Part shown: piece by piece, positions 48,038 to 59,070 of the stretch
How positions within the stretch are numbered: position 1 is the first letter of the stretch
Layout: every line of letters starts with the position of its first letter
NCBI GenBank assembly: GCA_965223155.1
Contig: CBDCVR010000013.1
Coordinates: 544,001-608,000 of the forward strand
From: Candidatus Multivoradales bacterium
GTDB lineage: Bacteria; Acidobacteriota; Thermoanaerobaculia; Multivoradales; JAHEKO01
DNA length: 64,000 nt
Reading direction: 5' to 3'
Made by a program: the position numbers and the translations under genes
The notes under the pieces: model-generated
Database searches by the model: none
What the model was told of the DNA's origin: nothing
What the model saw: the letters and a program-made list of their open reading frames with translations, nothing else

Positions 48038-49135
48038 TCATTGTACGGCCCCGTCCAAATAGCGCGCAAGAAGCTCCTGAACGCGCTCGGTGCTCACGGT
48101 CGACACCACCCGCGCCCTGCCCACGGCCGCCGGCAGCACCCAGGCGAGCCCGTCCTCGCGGGCCTTCTTGTCCCGAGTCATGGCCTCGACCAGGTCTGCG
48201 GGGTCGAGAACCGGCAAGGCCGCCGGGGTGGCGCGCAGGATCAGCTCCCGCATTCGACCCGACTCGTCCGCGCTCAAGCCGTGCTCGGCGGCCAGCTCCA
48301 TCGCGAAGAGCATCCCGTGCCCGACCGCGTCTCCGTGGCGCACGATCCCGTGTCCGGCCACGGTTTCGATCGCGTGCCCCAGGGTGTGCCCCAGGTTCAG
48401 CAGCCTGCGACGGTTCCGCTCATCCGGATCTTGGGCGACGATCTCGACCTTGACCCGGGCGGCCCTCTTGACCGCCTCCGCGAGCCGGTCGGGCTTGCCG
48501 GCAAGGAGCTCTTCGATGCCTTCCTCGAGCAGCTCGAACAGAACCGGATCGCCCAGGATCGCGCTCTTGACCACTTCGAAGGCCGCCTGCCGCAGCTCCT
48601 CGGCCGGCAAGGTAGCGAGCACTCCGGTGTCGGCCACGACCAGACGGGGATGGTGGAACAGTCCCACCATATTCTTGCCCTCGGGCAGGTTGATGCCGGT
48701 CTTGCCGCCAATCGCGGCATCCACCTGCGCCAGCAGCGTGGTCGGCACCTGGACGTATTCCACGCCGCGCAGAAAACAGCCCGCCACGAAGCCGGCCAGA
48801 TCGCCGACGCTGCCGCCGCCCAGGGCCAGGACGCGGCTGTCCCGCTTGCCGCCCGCCTCGAGCAGTCGTCCCCAGAGGTCGAGACTCACGTCCGGGACCT
48901 TGGCGGCCTCCCCGTCGGGCACTTCCAGATCCAGGACTCGGGCGGCGTCCGCGAGCGCCTCGTCCAGCTTGTCCCGATGCAACCGCCGGACGGGTGCCGA
49001 CGTCACCACGAAAACACTCCGCCCTCGCACCCAGGCGGCGACGTCCGCGGCCGCCTGCTCGAGCGCCCCCGGACCGATCCAGATGGCGGTCTTGCCCGCC
49101 GGATGCGCCAGTCTCAGACGCGAGATGGCCGCCAC
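48038..49135 (-). CDS. aroB: 3-dehydroquinate synthase
   Basis: GGGSVGD, PTTLLAQVDA.IGGKTG.N, KN.VG.F, LNLGHTLGHA and HGDAV motifs. Confidence 0.96.
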   Translation of the reverse strand: MAAISRLRLAHPAGKTAIWIGPGALEQAAADVAAWVRGRSVFVVTSAPVRRLHRDKLDEALADAARVLDLEVPDGEAAKVPDVSLDLWGRLLEAGGKRDSRVLALGGGSVGDLAGFVAGCFLRGVEYVQVPTTLLAQVDAAIGGKTGINLPEGKNMVGLFHHPRLVVADTGVLATLPAEELRQAAFEVVKSAILGDPVLFELLEEGIEELLAGKPDRLAEAVKRAARVKVEIVAQDPDERNRRRLLNLGHTLGHAIETVAGHGIVRHGDAVGHGMLFAMELAAEHGLSADESGRMRELILRATPAALPVLDPADLVEAMTRDKKAREDGLAWVLPAAVGRARVVSTVSTERVQELLARYLDGAVQ

Positions 49136-49142
49136 GGGTCCG

Positions 49143-50951
49143 TCAGTCCCCGTCTCGGGCGAGCCGAATGCCCAACTCGGCCAGTTGCTCGGCGTCTACC
49201 GCCGACGGCGCCCGGGTCATCAAGCTGAGCGCCGAGGTCGTCTTGGGAAAGGCGATCACGTCCCGCAAAGACTTGGCTCCGGTCATCAACATCACGATCC
49301 GGTCCAGGCCGAGAGCGATGCCGCCGTGGGGCGGCGCCCCGAACGAGAGCGCTTCGAGCAAGAAACCGAAGCGCTCCTGGGCTTGCTCCCGGCTGAGGCC
49401 GAGCAAGTCGAAGACCCGCCGCTGGAGGTCGGGCTGGTGGATTCGAATGGAGCCGCCCCCCAGCTCGAAGCCGTTCAGGATGACGTCATACGCCCGCGCC
49501 CGAACCGCGCCGGGATCGTCTTCCAGAAGCCCCACGTCGTCCGGACGCGGAGCGGTGAAGGGATGATTGCAGGAAGTCCAGCGGTCGCCATCCTCGTCCC
49601 GCTCGACCAAGGGAAAGTCCGTTACCCACAGGAACCGGTACAGGCTCTCGTCGATCAGCCCGTACTCCTGGCCCAGGCGCGAGCGCAGGTCTCCGAGGGC
49701 GCCGGCCGCGGCGCGAGCGGACGCAGCCACCAGCACGGCGATGCCGCCCTCCTCCAGTCCGGTGCGTCCGGCAATGTGCTCGAGCTCGGCCGGGCTCAGT
49801 ACGTTCTTGACCTGGAAGGCCAGCTCGCCGTCCTTGCGCCTCAGCACCAGGACTCCGGCGGCGCCGCGCTTGCGGGCGACCTCGGCCCACTGCTCTACCT
49901 GCTTGCGGCTGGCCGCGGCGGCGCCGGTCGAGCCCGGCAGGGCGAAGCCGCGCACCACGCCACCTTCGGCCAGCGTGCTCTGAAAGGCCCGGAACGAGCT
50001 CTCCGCCAGGCCGTCGCCCAGATCGCGGATCTCGCATTCGAAGCGCAAGTCGGGCTTGTCCGAACCGAATCGGAGCATCGCCTCGTCGTAGGTCATCCTT
50101 GCGAACGGTACCGGCGGATGAATGCCGACCTGCGGGAAGATCTTGGCGAAGAGCTGCTCGATGGTCAGGTACACGTCTTCTTCGGTCGCAAAGGACATCT
50201 CGACGTCGACTTGGGTGAACTCCGGCTGCCGGTCGGCGCGCAGGTCCTCGTCCCGGAAACAACGGGCGATCTGCACGTACCGATCGAGGCCCGACGTCAT
50301 CAGGATCTGCTTGAAGAGCTGAGGCGATTGGGGCAGAGCGTAGAACTCGCCCGGCCGGACCCGGCTGGGAACCAGGTAGTCCCGGGCACCTTCCGGAGTC
50401 GAGCGGGTCAGGATCGGGGTCTCGACGTGGACGAAGCCCTTCTCGTGGAAGAAGTTCCGAATCGCCAGGGTGATGGCGTCGCGGAGCATCAGATTGCGCT
50501 GGAGCTCTTGGCGGCGCAGGTCCAGGTAGCGGTAGCGCAGGCGGGTCTCCTCGGCGACGTCCTCAACCGGCGTCTCGGGCAGAAACGGCAGCGGCTCGGC
50601 CCGCGCCAGGACCTCGGCCTCTTCGCACACCACCTCGATCTCGCCGGTAGCGAGGTCCGGGTTCACAGCCTCGGGCGCGCGCTCGGCCACCGTGCCCTCG
50701 ATCCGCACGACCCATTCCAGCCTCACGGCCTCGAGCGCGGCCGCCGCGTCAGGCTGCTCGTCGGGACGGACCACCACCTGGACCACTCCGGAGCGGTCCC
50801 GGATCTGGAGAAAAATCACTCCCCCCAGGTCGCGGCGCCGGTGCACCCAACCTTCGAGGCGAACCCTCCGTCCCGCGGCGCCGCGATCGATCTCCCCGGC
50901 CATGCTCCGGTAGGTTTGCTGGCTCCGCTGGCCGTGAGAACCCTGATCCAT
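49143..50951 (-). CDS. aspS: Aspartate-tRNA ligase
   Basis: [41 protein letters not shown] and PPHGG.A.GLDR motifs. Confidence 0.98.
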   Translation of the reverse strand: MDQGSHGQRSQQTYRSMAGEIDRGAAGRRVRLEGWVHRRRDLGGVIFLQIRDRSGVVQVVVRPDEQPDAAAALEAVRLEWVVRIEGTVAERAPEAVNPDLATGEIEVVCEEAEVLARAEPLPFLPETPVEDVAEETRLRYRYLDLRRQELQRNLMLRDAITLAIRNFFHEKGFVHVETPILTRSTPEGARDYLVPSRVRPGEFYALPQSPQLFKQILMTSGLDRYVQIARCFRDEDLRADRQPEFTQVDVEMSFATEEDVYLTIEQLFAKIFPQVGIHPPVPFARMTYDEAMLRFGSDKPDLRFECEIRDLGDGLAESSFRAFQSTLAEGGVVRGFALPGSTGAAAASRKQVEQWAEVARKRGAAGVLVLRRKDGELAFQVKNVLSPAELEHIAGRTGLEEGGIAVLVAASARAAAGALGDLRSRLGQEYGLIDESLYRFLWVTDFPLVERDEDGDRWTSCNHPFTAPRPDDVGLLEDDPGAVRARAYDVILNGFELGGGSIRIHQPDLQRRVFDLLGLSREQAQERFGFLLEALSFGAPPHGGIALGLDRIVMLMTGAKSLRDVIAFPKTTSALSLMTRAPSAVDAEQLAELGIRLARDGD

Positions 50952-52252
50952 TACCTAGCTCCTCCGGGCGCCGGACCCTCTCGGGCTTCCGCCGCCGCTC
51001 CCATCCCGAGAAGATCCTCGGCAAGAGCCTCTATCGGCACGAAGCGCTGCTCGCCCTCGGCCAAATCCTTGACGGTGACTCCGCCGCGCTCCAGCTCGTC
51101 TTCCCCGATCAGCACCGCCCACCGGCACTCCAGACGGTCGGCGTTCCGCAAGCCTCGCTTGACGCGGGCGGGAGCGAGCTCCACGAGGGTCGCCAGGCCG
51201 GCCGCGCGCAGCGCCTCGGCCACGCCTAACACGTGCGCGGTGGGCACGGGATCGATTCCCAAAACGAACACCCGCGAACCACCCAACGCCTCCGCCGCGA
51301 AGGACTCGGGCAGGGCCTCGACCAAGCGGTCCTCGCCGATGGCGAAGCCGATCCCCGGCAGGTCCGGTCCTCCCAAGCTCACCAGCAGCCCATCGTAGCG
51401 GCCGCCGCCGACCAGCGCGTCCTGGGCTCCCAGCCGATCGGAGACGATCTCGAAGACGGTGCGCGTGTAGTAGTCGAGTCCCCGCACCAGCCCCTCGTCG
51501 ATCCGGTAGGCCACGCCCAGAGCGTCCAGCCCGCCGCGGACGGCTTGGAAATGCTCGGCGCTGTCCGAGGTCAGAAACTCCGTCAGCCGTGGCGCCCCGG
51601 CCAGGAGCTCCCGCTCGGCGGGGACCTTGGTATCCAGGATCCGGAGCGGATTCTCCCGCAAACGCCGCCGGCTGTCGGCGCCGAGGCCGTCGGCGTGCGG
51701 CTCTAGATAGTCGCGCAGAGCCTCCCGAAAGGCGGTCCGGCTGTCGGCGTCGCCCACCGTGTGCAGTAGGACGGTCAAGCCGGAAAAGCCGAGCGCTTCC
51801 AGAAAGCGCACCAGCATCGCGATGACCTCGACGTCCGACCACGGGCCGGGATCGCCGATCAGCTCCGCGCCGATCTGATGGAACTGCCGGTACCGGCCCT
51901 TCTGGGGCCGTTCGTAGCGGAAGTGCGGACCGATGTAGAAGAGCTTGGCCGGAAGCCCGCGGTCGTCGAGCCGATGCTGGACGAAGGCCCGCGCCACCGC
52001 CGCCGTGCTCTCGGGTCGTAGCGCCAGTTCGCGCCCCTTGCGGTCGTTGAAGACATACATCTCCTTGCCGACGATGTCGGTGCCTTCCCCGACCGCCCGC
52101 ACGAAGAGCTCTTTGGGCTCGACCACCGGAGTGCGAAGCTCGTCGTAGCCGTAGAGACCGAAGACGCGCCGAGCCACGGCCTCGACCTCGGCCCACAATC
52201 GCGCCTCGGGCGGCAGCAGATCCCGCATCCCCTTGACGCTACGCACCGGCAC
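50951..52252 (-). CDS. hisS: Histidine-tRNA ligase
   Basis: [31 protein letters not shown] and GGGRYDGL motifs. Confidence 0.98.
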   Translation of the reverse strand: MPVRSVKGMRDLLPPEARLWAEVEAVARRVFGLYGYDELRTPVVEPKELFVRAVGEGTDIVGKEMYVFNDRKGRELALRPESTAAVARAFVQHRLDDRGLPAKLFYIGPHFRYERPQKGRYRQFHQIGAELIGDPGPWSDVEVIAMLVRFLEALGFSGLTVLLHTVGDADSRTAFREALRDYLEPHADGLGADSRRRLRENPLRILDTKVPAERELLAGAPRLTEFLTSDSAEHFQAVRGGLDALGVAYRIDEGLVRGLDYYTRTVFEIVSDRLGAQDALVGGGRYDGLLVSLGGPDLPGIGFAIGEDRLVEALPESFAAEALGGSRVFVLGIDPVPTAHVLGVAEALRAAGLATLVELAPARVKRGLRNADRLECRWAVLIGEDELERGGVTVKDLAEGEQRFVPIEALAEDLLGMGAAAEAREGPAPGGAR

Positions 52253-52479
52253 GGCTCCCCGAGAGCGGGCTCGCGATGACGGGCGGCAGAGGGATCAGTA
52301 CGTGGACCACGATTGCTGGACGTTCCATGGCGGACACCGAAAACGGTGGCGATCGAGCCTAGCCCGGATTCCGCCGGACGCCAAACCACCCGCCACCCGA
52401 TTCGCGGCAAGCCCGCAGGCCGTTGGCGCCGTATCGAGCTATGACAGAGTCCTTGCCGCTGCGCTGGCAGAGCCCTTCC

Positions 52480-53169
52480 ATGATCGTCGACGTCGTCATC
52501 CCCGCCTTCAACGAGGAACCCTCCTTGCCCCTGGTGCTCGGCGCCATTCCCAGCGGCCTCGTGCGCCGCGTCGTGGTTGTGGACAACAACTCGACGGATG
52601 CCACCGGCGCCGTCGCCCGGGCCGCCGGCGCCGTAGTCGTCGAGGAATCGCGGCCCGGCTACGGCAGCGCCTGCCTGCGCGGACTCGCCTGGCTGCGCAC
52701 CCACCAGCCGCCCGAGGTCGTTGTCTTCCTGGACGCCGACTATTCAGACCACCCGGAAGAGATGGACTCCCTGATCGAGCCCATCGCCGCCGGTAGCGCC
52801 GATCTGGTGATCGGTTCGCGCGTCCTGGGCGAGCGCGAGCGCGGCGCCCTGCTACCGCAAGCCCGCATGGGCAACTGGGTTGCTTGTACCCTGATCCGCC
52901 TTCTCTACGGCCACGCCTATACCGACCTGGGGCCGTTCCGGGCCATCCGCTGGAGCGCACTCGAACAGCTCGCCATGCGCGACCCGGACTTCGGCTGGAC
53001 GGCCGAGATGCAGGTCAAAGCCCTCCGCCACGGCCTCGTGACCGGTGAAGTCCCGGTACGCTACCGGCGCCGGATCGGGGTGTCCAAAATCACCGGAACG
53101 CTGCGCGGAACAGTGCTCGCCGGCTACAAGATCCTGACCACGGTGTTGCGGTACAGTCTGCCGCGATGA
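52480..53169 (+). CDS. GT2 family glycosyltransferase
   Basis: VVIPAFNEE, VVDNNSTD, GYG, DAD and TDLGPFRA motifs. Confidence 0.92.
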   Translation: MIVDVVIPAFNEEPSLPLVLGAIPSGLVRRVVVVDNNSTDATGAVARAAGAVVVEESRPGYGSACLRGLAWLRTHQPPEVVVFLDADYSDHPEEMDSLIEPIAAGSADLVIGSRVLGERERGALLPQARMGNWVACTLIRLLYGHAYTDLGPFRAIRWSALEQLAMRDPDFGWTAEMQVKALRHGLVTGEVPVRYRRRIGVSKITGTLRGTVLAGYKILTTVLRYSLPR

Positions 53170-53606
53170 CCGGCAGCCAGGGCGTGGAGGTTCCGATCGA
53201 GGTCCGGTACGCCGAGACCGACCAGATGGGAGTCGTCCATCACGCCGTCTACCCGGTCTGGTTCGAAGTGGCCCGGACCAGGCTGTGCGCCACCTCGGGT
53301 GTCGCCTACCCCGAGATCGAGCGGCGCGGCTACTACCTCCTGGTCACCGGACTCCAGGTCGAGTACCGGCGGTCGGCTCGGTACGGCGAGGATGTCGCCG
53401 TGCGCTGCTGGCTCGATCGATTTGCCAGCCGCGGCCTGCACTTCGCGTATGAGGTCCACGGCAACGGCCGGCTGCTCGTCCGAGGCCGCACGGAGCACGT
53501 CTGGGTTGAAGCGGCAAGCGGCAAGCCGTGCCGGATTCCGGATTGGGTCGAGCAGCCGTTTCGCGACCTGGCGGCGGCGGCGGAATCAAACGCGAGCGCC
53601 CCATGA
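53166..53606 (+). CDS. Acyl-CoA thioesterase (YbgC/FadM family)
   Basis: VRYAETDQMGVVHH..Y..WFE.AR. Confidence 0.93.
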   Translation: MTGSQGVEVPIEVRYAETDQMGVVHHAVYPVWFEVARTRLCATSGVAYPEIERRGYYLLVTGLQVEYRRSARYGEDVAVRCWLDRFASRGLHFAYEVHGNGRLLVRGRTEHVWVEAASGKPCRIPDWVEQPFRDLAAAAESNASAP

Positions 53607-54802
53607 GCCTCAGACGCCTCCGGCTCACGACCGCGGGCGAAAGCCACGGCCCGGGCTTGACCGCCGTGCTCTCGGGGCTTCCGGCCGGTCTCGCCGTCGA
53701 CTTCGAAGCGCTGGAACACCAGATGCGCCGGCGCATGCACGGCTACGGCCGCGGCCGGCGCATGCAGATCGAGTCCGACGCCGTCGAGGTGCGAGGAGGC
53801 ATCAGGGACGGTGAGACCCTGGGCTCCCCGGTCGCTCTCTGGATCGCCAACCACGACTACGAGACCTGGCGCCGGGTCATGTCGCCGGTGGCCGTGGACC
53901 CGGAAAGCGCCGGCAAGCGCCGCCTGCACGCTCCACGCCCGGGCCACGCCGATCTGTCCGGAGGCATCAAGTTCCTGCGCCGCGACCTGCGCGACGTGCT
54001 GGAGCGGGCTTCGGCGCGGGAGACCGCGGCCCGAGTCGCGGCAGGCTCTCTGGCCCGCCAGCTCCTGGCGGCCCTAGGCGTCGAGATCGCCAGCGGCGTC
54101 CGCGAGCTGGGCGGCGTCGGCGGCGACCGCCCGGTTCCCGACTGGAGCGCCTTGGCCGCCGTCGACGACGCCTCGCCCCTGCGCGCCATCCATCGCGACC
54201 TCGAAGCCGAGATGGTCGCCCTCGTAGACGCCGCCCGCAAGGACGGCGACACCCTGGGCGGCGCGGCCACGGTGGTCGCCCATAACGTGCCATCCGGCCT
54301 CGGCAGCCATACCCACTGGGACCGCAAGCTGGACGGGCGCCTGGCCCAGGCCATGCTCTCGATTCCCGCGGTCAAGGCGGTGGAGATCGGCGCGGCCGTC
54401 GCCGTCAGCCGCGGCCCGGGCAGCCGCGCGCACGACGGCATCGAGCACGACGGCTCCGGCTGGCGGCGGAGTAGCAACCACGCCGGCGGACTCGAGGGCG
54501 GAGTCACCAACGGCGAGGACGTGGTCATCACGATCTACAAGAAGCCGATCTCGACGCTACGCAAGGGCTTGCCCTCGGTGGACATCGACACCCGCGAGGC
54601 GCGTGTCTCGCAGTACGAACGCTCCGACGTCACCGCCTTGCCGGCCGCGGGGGTCATCGCCGAGGCGATGCTCGCGCTGGTGCTGGCGGACGCGGCTCTC
54701 GCCAAGTACGGAGGCGATTCGATGGCCGAGCTCTTGGCCCATTTCCGGGCCAGCCGCGAGCTCGAAGGCCGTTGGCCGGCCCCGGACGACGGGTCCTCGT
54801 AG
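53603..54802 (+). CDS. aroC: Chorismate synthase
   Basis: TAGESHG, PRPGHAD, ERASARETA, SN.AGGLEGG and ERSD motifs. Confidence 0.97.
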   Translation: MSLRRLRLTTAGESHGPGLTAVLSGLPAGLAVDFEALEHQMRRRMHGYGRGRRMQIESDAVEVRGGIRDGETLGSPVALWIANHDYETWRRVMSPVAVDPESAGKRRLHAPRPGHADLSGGIKFLRRDLRDVLERASARETAARVAAGSLARQLLAALGVEIASGVRELGGVGGDRPVPDWSALAAVDDASPLRAIHRDLEAEMVALVDAARKDGDTLGGAATVVAHNVPSGLGSHTHWDRKLDGRLAQAMLSIPAVKAVEIGAAVAVSRGPGSRAHDGIEHDGSGWRRSSNHAGGLEGGVTNGEDVVITIYKKPISTLRKGLPSVDIDTREARVSQYERSDVTALPAAGVIAEAMLALVLADAALAKYGGDSMAELLAHFRASRELEGRWPAPDDGSS

Positions 54803-54851
54803 CCCCGGCCGGATCGGGCACGAGGCCTCTTCCCCGAATCAGCGACGAGAC

Positions 54852-55769
54852 CTACGAAGGACTTTCGCCGAAGTGCTTCTCGAGCAGCGCGAAGACCCGC
54901 TGGACGTCACGGCCGGGTTCGACGATGCGCCCGAAGAGAGTCTTGTAGGTCAAGCGCAGCGTCTCCAGATCCCGATCCCGGAGTAGCTTGACCACTTCTT
55001 CGATCGCCCGCTGCGAGGTCGGCCCGTAGGACGGGCGAGTGTACTCGCGCTCCAGAATCACGAGGCTGTAGAACAGAGGATCGGGCAAGGCATCGCCCGC
55101 GCCGTCCGCGTCCGCTCCAACCTTGGCCGCGGCGGCCGGTCGCGCTTCCTGAGGCGACACCGAGGGTTCCGGCCCTTCCTCCACTCCGGGAACCGGAGTG
55201 GCTTCGGGCTCGGCAGCCGGTCCATCGTCCAGCTGTTCGATGGTCTCGGGCGGCACGTCGGCGACCTCGGCCAGGAGCTTGCCGGTCTGTTCCGAAGCCT
55301 CTTCGGTGGCGTCCGCTCCGTCGGAGGAGCCCCCGACCTTGCGCCGCTCGGCGAACAGCGGCAACGAGCGCAGCTCGTTGGCGAACCGAGAGAACAGGAC
55401 GAAGAGCTCCTTCTCGGTGCTGAAGTTCCCGACCAGGCGGGCGTTCTGGCCGACCTCGAGCCGCTTGGCCTCCTGGAAGACGATATTGGCCTTGGCCGCC
55501 TGCTCGAGCTGGATGGAATCGGCTTTGACTCGCCAGGCGGTCAGACTGCCTTCGACGTAGCAAGTCTCCGCGCACTGTACGGTCACCGCCTCGACCTGGG
55601 CGGCCGATTCGATCCGGATCGAGCCATTGACCGACTCGAGAGTGGCGAAGCTTCCCGAGTCCTGGATCACCAGGTTCCCCGGAGTGCGAATCGAAAGCTG
55701 GCCGTGGACGTCTACCTGAATGTCCGTCCCGGACGGGATGATCATCGTGGGAGCTTTTTCGGCTGTCAT
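54852..55769 (-). CDS. Bactofilin-like beta-helix protein with acidic linker and C-terminal helical domain
   Basis: TMIIPSGTDI...IRIESAAQV...VEGSL...AKRLEVGQNARLVG beta-helix pattern; directly downstream of an M23 peptidase. Confidence 0.62.
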   Translation of the reverse strand: MTAEKAPTMIIPSGTDIQVDVHGQLSIRTPGNLVIQDSGSFATLESVNGSIRIESAAQVEAVTVQCAETCYVEGSLTAWRVKADSIQLEQAAKANIVFQEAKRLEVGQNARLVGNFSTEKELFVLFSRFANELRSLPLFAERRKVGGSSDGADATEEASEQTGKLLAEVADVPPETIEQLDDGPAAEPEATPVPGVEEGPEPSVSPQEARPAAAAKVGADADGAGDALPDPLFYSLVILEREYTRPSYGPTSQRAIEEVVKLLRDRDLETLRLTYKTLFGRIVEPGRDVQRVFALLEKHFGESPS

Positions 55770-55783
55770 GGTCCTTCCTCGCG

Positions 55784-55807
55784 CCCGTTAGCGGCCCCGT
55801 TAGCGGC
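55784..55807. repeat. Perfect 12-bp tandem duplication (CCCGTTAGCGGC x2) spanning the M23 stop codon
   Basis: Copies at 55784-55795 and 55796-55807. Confidence 0.85.
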
Positions 55808-56846
55808 CAATAATCCGCGGTAGCGGCTCGTAGCCCCGGGCCTCCGGAGCCATGCGCGCCCGCACCAGCAGTTGCTCCTCGTTGCGCCACTTGTGATCCA
55901 GGATGTAAATCCTTGGATCCACGGGCTTGAAGTCGCCGGCCGCGGAGCGCGCCCGGATCTCGTAGTGCAAATGGGGGCTGGTGCTCCATCCGGTGTTGCC
56001 CACGGTGGCAATCACCGTGCCCTGCTCGATCCGCTGCCCGCTGCGCACGCTCACATCCTCGCAATGGCCGAACAGCGTGATGAAGGAATCGTCATGGCGA
56101 ATCGCGACCAGATTGCCGTAGCGCCACCAGGAAACGCTTTGCTTCAGGGGGTAGCGTCCGGCGAAGACGACCACTCCGTCGGCCGGGGCGTAGATCGGCG
56201 TCCCGGTGGGGGCTGCCATGTCCAGGCCGGCGTGAAAGTCCACCTTCTTGGTGAACGGGCTCCGCCGCGTGCCGAAGGGGCTGGTCAGGACGAAGTCGGC
56301 CGAGCGCAGAGGCGAGATGGAAGGCGTGGTCCGCACCTGGCCGCCGTGGGCGCCTTCGAAGCTGTGCACCTCCTCCAGGAAGGTGTCCAAGACCCGAAGC
56401 TGCTCCCGAATGCCGGCTTCGAGGTCTCCCGCCCGCTCCACCGCGGTCGCATAGATCGAGTCCGGCATGGTCCGGCCGCGAAATGGGAACCCTCCCTGTC
56501 CGACCGATTCGTCGCCCTCGAGGCCGTAGGCGACGTAGACCCGGCTGATGCGCAGGCGCAGGTCCGCGCTCTCGCCGTCCAGGCGCCCCAACTCGTGGGT
56601 CAGCTCCTGCAACCGGTCGCCGAGGGTCGCGCGCTCGGCCACCAGCGTCTTGTATTCCCGACCACTCAGCAGGTCACCGACAACCTTGGGCAGAATCGCC
56701 AGGTTGAACAGCCCTGCGGCGAGTGCCGCCACCAGGCCGACCGCCCAGAGCCGCGCCTGCTTTCGGGTCAGGAAGAAATAGCGCACCCGCGACCGGATGT
56801 CGCCGGGGTGAAACTGAATCTCCAGAAATGGCCGCTGCTTCGACAA
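55800..56846 (-). CDS. M23 family peptidoglycan endopeptidase
   Basis: TM and coiled-coil, then TSPFG.R, HAGLD (HxxxD), YGN and GNTG.STSPHLHYE (HxH). Confidence 0.94.
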   Translation of the reverse strand: MSKQRPFLEIQFHPGDIRSRVRYFFLTRKQARLWAVGLVAALAAGLFNLAILPKVVGDLLSGREYKTLVAERATLGDRLQELTHELGRLDGESADLRLRISRVYVAYGLEGDESVGQGGFPFRGRTMPDSIYATAVERAGDLEAGIREQLRVLDTFLEEVHSFEGAHGGQVRTTPSISPLRSADFVLTSPFGTRRSPFTKKVDFHAGLDMAAPTGTPIYAPADGVVVFAGRYPLKQSVSWWRYGNLVAIRHDDSFITLFGHCEDVSVRSGQRIEQGTVIATVGNTGWSTSPHLHYEIRARSAAGDFKPVDPRIYILDHKWRNEEQLLVRARMAPEARGYEPLPRIIGR

Positions 56847-56906
56847 CGCAAGACACCTTGGGCAAGCTGAATCAACCTAGCATGCCGGTCGGAAGCGCCC
56901 TGTGAT

Positions 56907-57782
56907 TCAGGGCACAAGTCGATCTATCTTAGCCTCTCCGGCGATTTTCCGGGCCACTCTCAGCAAATCGCCGTGCACCCCGGGAGCGCCCGCCAGGACG
57001 TTGCCGCCCCGCAGAAAGCCGTCGCCGCCGTCCAGATCCGTAACCACCCCGCCCGCTTCACGAATCAAGAGCTCGCCCGCGGCCACGTCCCAAGCCGACA
57101 GCCGGTACTCGAAGAAGCCGTCGAAGACGCCGGCCGCGGTGTGCGCCAGATCCAGGGCCGCGGCACCGCACCGGCGCACGGCGCGGGCGCGCAGAAAGAC
57201 CGCCTCGAACACCTCGAGATACGCGCCCAGGGCACCCCGGGCCTTGAACGGAAAGCCGGTCGCCAGGAAGGCTCCGTCCAGGCCGGCCCGCTGGCTCACC
57301 GCGAGGGCGGTGCCGTCCCGGTCGGCGCCGCGGCCGGACACCGCCCGGTAGAGCCGGTCCAGCTCGGGGTCGTAGACCGCGGCCACCACCGTCCGGCCGT
57401 CCCGCTGGCAGGCGATCGACACCGCGTAGACCGGCAGCCCCTGGAGGAAGTTGGTGGTGCCGTCCAGAGGGTCCACGATCCAGCGCCAACCGCCCGGGGT
57501 GCCGCCCGGCACGAATCCCGATTCCTCGGACAGAATCTCGTCCTCGGGAAACGCTCCCCGGACGGCCTCCAGGATCGAGCTCTCCGCGGCCCGGTCGGCC
57601 GAGGTGACGAAGTCGTGCTCGGCCTTGGCGCTGACTTCGAACGCCCGCGACCGAAAGTGGCGACGGAGGACCGCACCCGCGGCCCGCGCCGCCGACTCGG
57701 CGAGGGTGGCCCGGGCTTCGAGCTCGCTGTCCCGGACGGCTCCGTCGCGCGATCCACTGGCAGCTCCCCGATCCTGGGACAC
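56907..57782 (-). CDS. Inositol monophosphatase family protein (SuhB-like)
   Basis: DFVTSAD, SEE, WIVDPLDGTTNF, RRCGAAALD and WDVAAG motifs. Confidence 0.93.
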   Translation of the reverse strand: MSQDRGAASGSRDGAVRDSELEARATLAESAARAAGAVLRRHFRSRAFEVSAKAEHDFVTSADRAAESSILEAVRGAFPEDEILSEESGFVPGGTPGGWRWIVDPLDGTTNFLQGLPVYAVSIACQRDGRTVVAAVYDPELDRLYRAVSGRGADRDGTALAVSQRAGLDGAFLATGFPFKARGALGAYLEVFEAVFLRARAVRRCGAAALDLAHTAAGVFDGFFEYRLSAWDVAAGELLIREAGGVVTDLDGGDGFLRGGNVLAGAPGVHGDLLRVARKIAGEAKIDRLVP

Positions 57783-57789
57783 GGGCTGG

Positions 57790-59070
57790 TTAGTCCAGGA
57801 CGCGGCCGCCGACGACCGTGCCCACGGCCCGCCCACGCAGCTTCCAGGCGCCAAACGGCGTGTTGCGGCCCTTGCTGGCGAAGCGCTTGGGGTTGATCGT
57901 GACCCGCGAGTCCAGGGACAGCAGGGTGACGTCGCCGGGGCTGCCCTCGGCCAGGCTGCCTCCGGGCACGCCCAGGATCCGGGCCGGCGCCGTGGACAGG
58001 AGCTCGACCAAACGAGACAGGGAGATCACCCCGGGCCGGACCAAGCGGTCCAGGCACAGGCTGACCGTTGTCTCGAGGCCGACGATGCCGAAGGGCGCGC
58101 ACGAGAACTGCAAGTTCTTCTCGTCGGCGTGGTGGGGAGCGTGGTCGCTGGCGATGACGTCGATGGTGCCATCGGCGAGTCCCGCCAGAAGCGCCTGGCG
58201 ATCGGCCTCCGCGCGTAGCGGCGGCTTCATCTTGGTATCGGTAGAGAGCAGCGAGTCCAGGACCTCCCGGTCGGTCAGGAGCAGGTGGTGCGGGGTCACC
58301 TCGCAGGTCACGGCCAGGCCCTTGTCCTTGGCCCGGCGCACCAGCTCAAGCGCTCCGCGGGTCGAGAGATGCGCGACGTGGTACCGCCCTCCGAAGTGCT
58401 CCACCAGCAGCAGATCGCGCGAGACGATGATGTCCTCGGCCACGCCCGGCAATCCGGGCAGGCCCGTCCGGGTCGAGAACTCGCCCTCGTGCATGACACC
58501 GCCACAGCCCAGGGTCAGATCCTCGGCATGCTGGATCACCGGCACGCCGAAGTGCTGCGTGTACTCCAAGGCCCGGCGCATCAGCTCCGAGCTCATCACC
58601 GGCAAACCGTCGTCGGACACCGCCACTGCGCCCGCCCGCACCATGTCCCCGACCTCGGCCAACTCTTCGCCGCTCAGGCCCTTGGAGATGGCGCCAATGG
58701 GATGGACCCGGGCCGCCGGGTGGCGCGCGGCCTCGACCAGGATGTGCTCGGTCACCGAGCGGCTGTCGTTGACCGGATCGGTGTTGGCCATGCAGGCCAC
58801 CGCCGTGAATCCGCCCGCCGCGGCCGCCGCGACGCCGGTGGCGACGGTCTCCTTGTACTCCTGGCCCGGCTCGCGCAGATGGACGTGCATGTCCACGAAC
58901 CCGGGAGCCACGACCAGCCCGCTGGCGTCGATCACCCGGTCGCGCTTGCCAATCCGGCCCGCCGAGCCCACTCGCAGCACCCGTCCGTCCCGGATGACGA
59001 CGTCGGCGACGGCGTCCAGCTCCTGGCTGGGATCCACGACCCGGCCGCCGCGTAGCACCAGCTTGGTCAC
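57790..59070 (-). CDS. pyrC: Dihydroorotase
   Basis: [27 protein letters not shown] and SDHAPH motifs. Confidence 0.96.
   Translation of the reverse strand: MTKLVLRGGRVVDPSQELDAVADVVIRDGRVLRVGSAGRIGKRDRVIDASGLVVAPGFVDMHVHLREPGQEYKETVATGVAAAAAGGFTAVACMANTDPVNDSRSVTEHILVEAARHPAARVHPIGAISKGLSGEELAEVGDMVRAGAVAVSDDGLPVMSSELMRRALEYTQHFGVPVIQHAEDLTLGCGGVMHEGEFSTRTGLPGLPGVAEDIIVSRDLLLVEHFGGRYHVAHLSTRGALELVRRAKDKGLAVTCEVTPHHLLLTDREVLDSLLSTDTKMKPPLRAEADRQALLAGLADGTIDVIASDHAPHHADEKNLQFSCAPFGIVGLETTVSLCLDRLVRPGVISLSRLVELLSTAPARILGVPGGSLAEGSPGDVTLLSLDSRVTINPKRFASKGRNTPFGAWKLRGRAVGTVVGGRVLD

Noticed and set aside
48090-51398. 1102-aa plus-strand ORF
   Set aside because: Antisense shadow of aroB/aspS/hisS with no recognisable motifs; expected in high-GC coding DNA.
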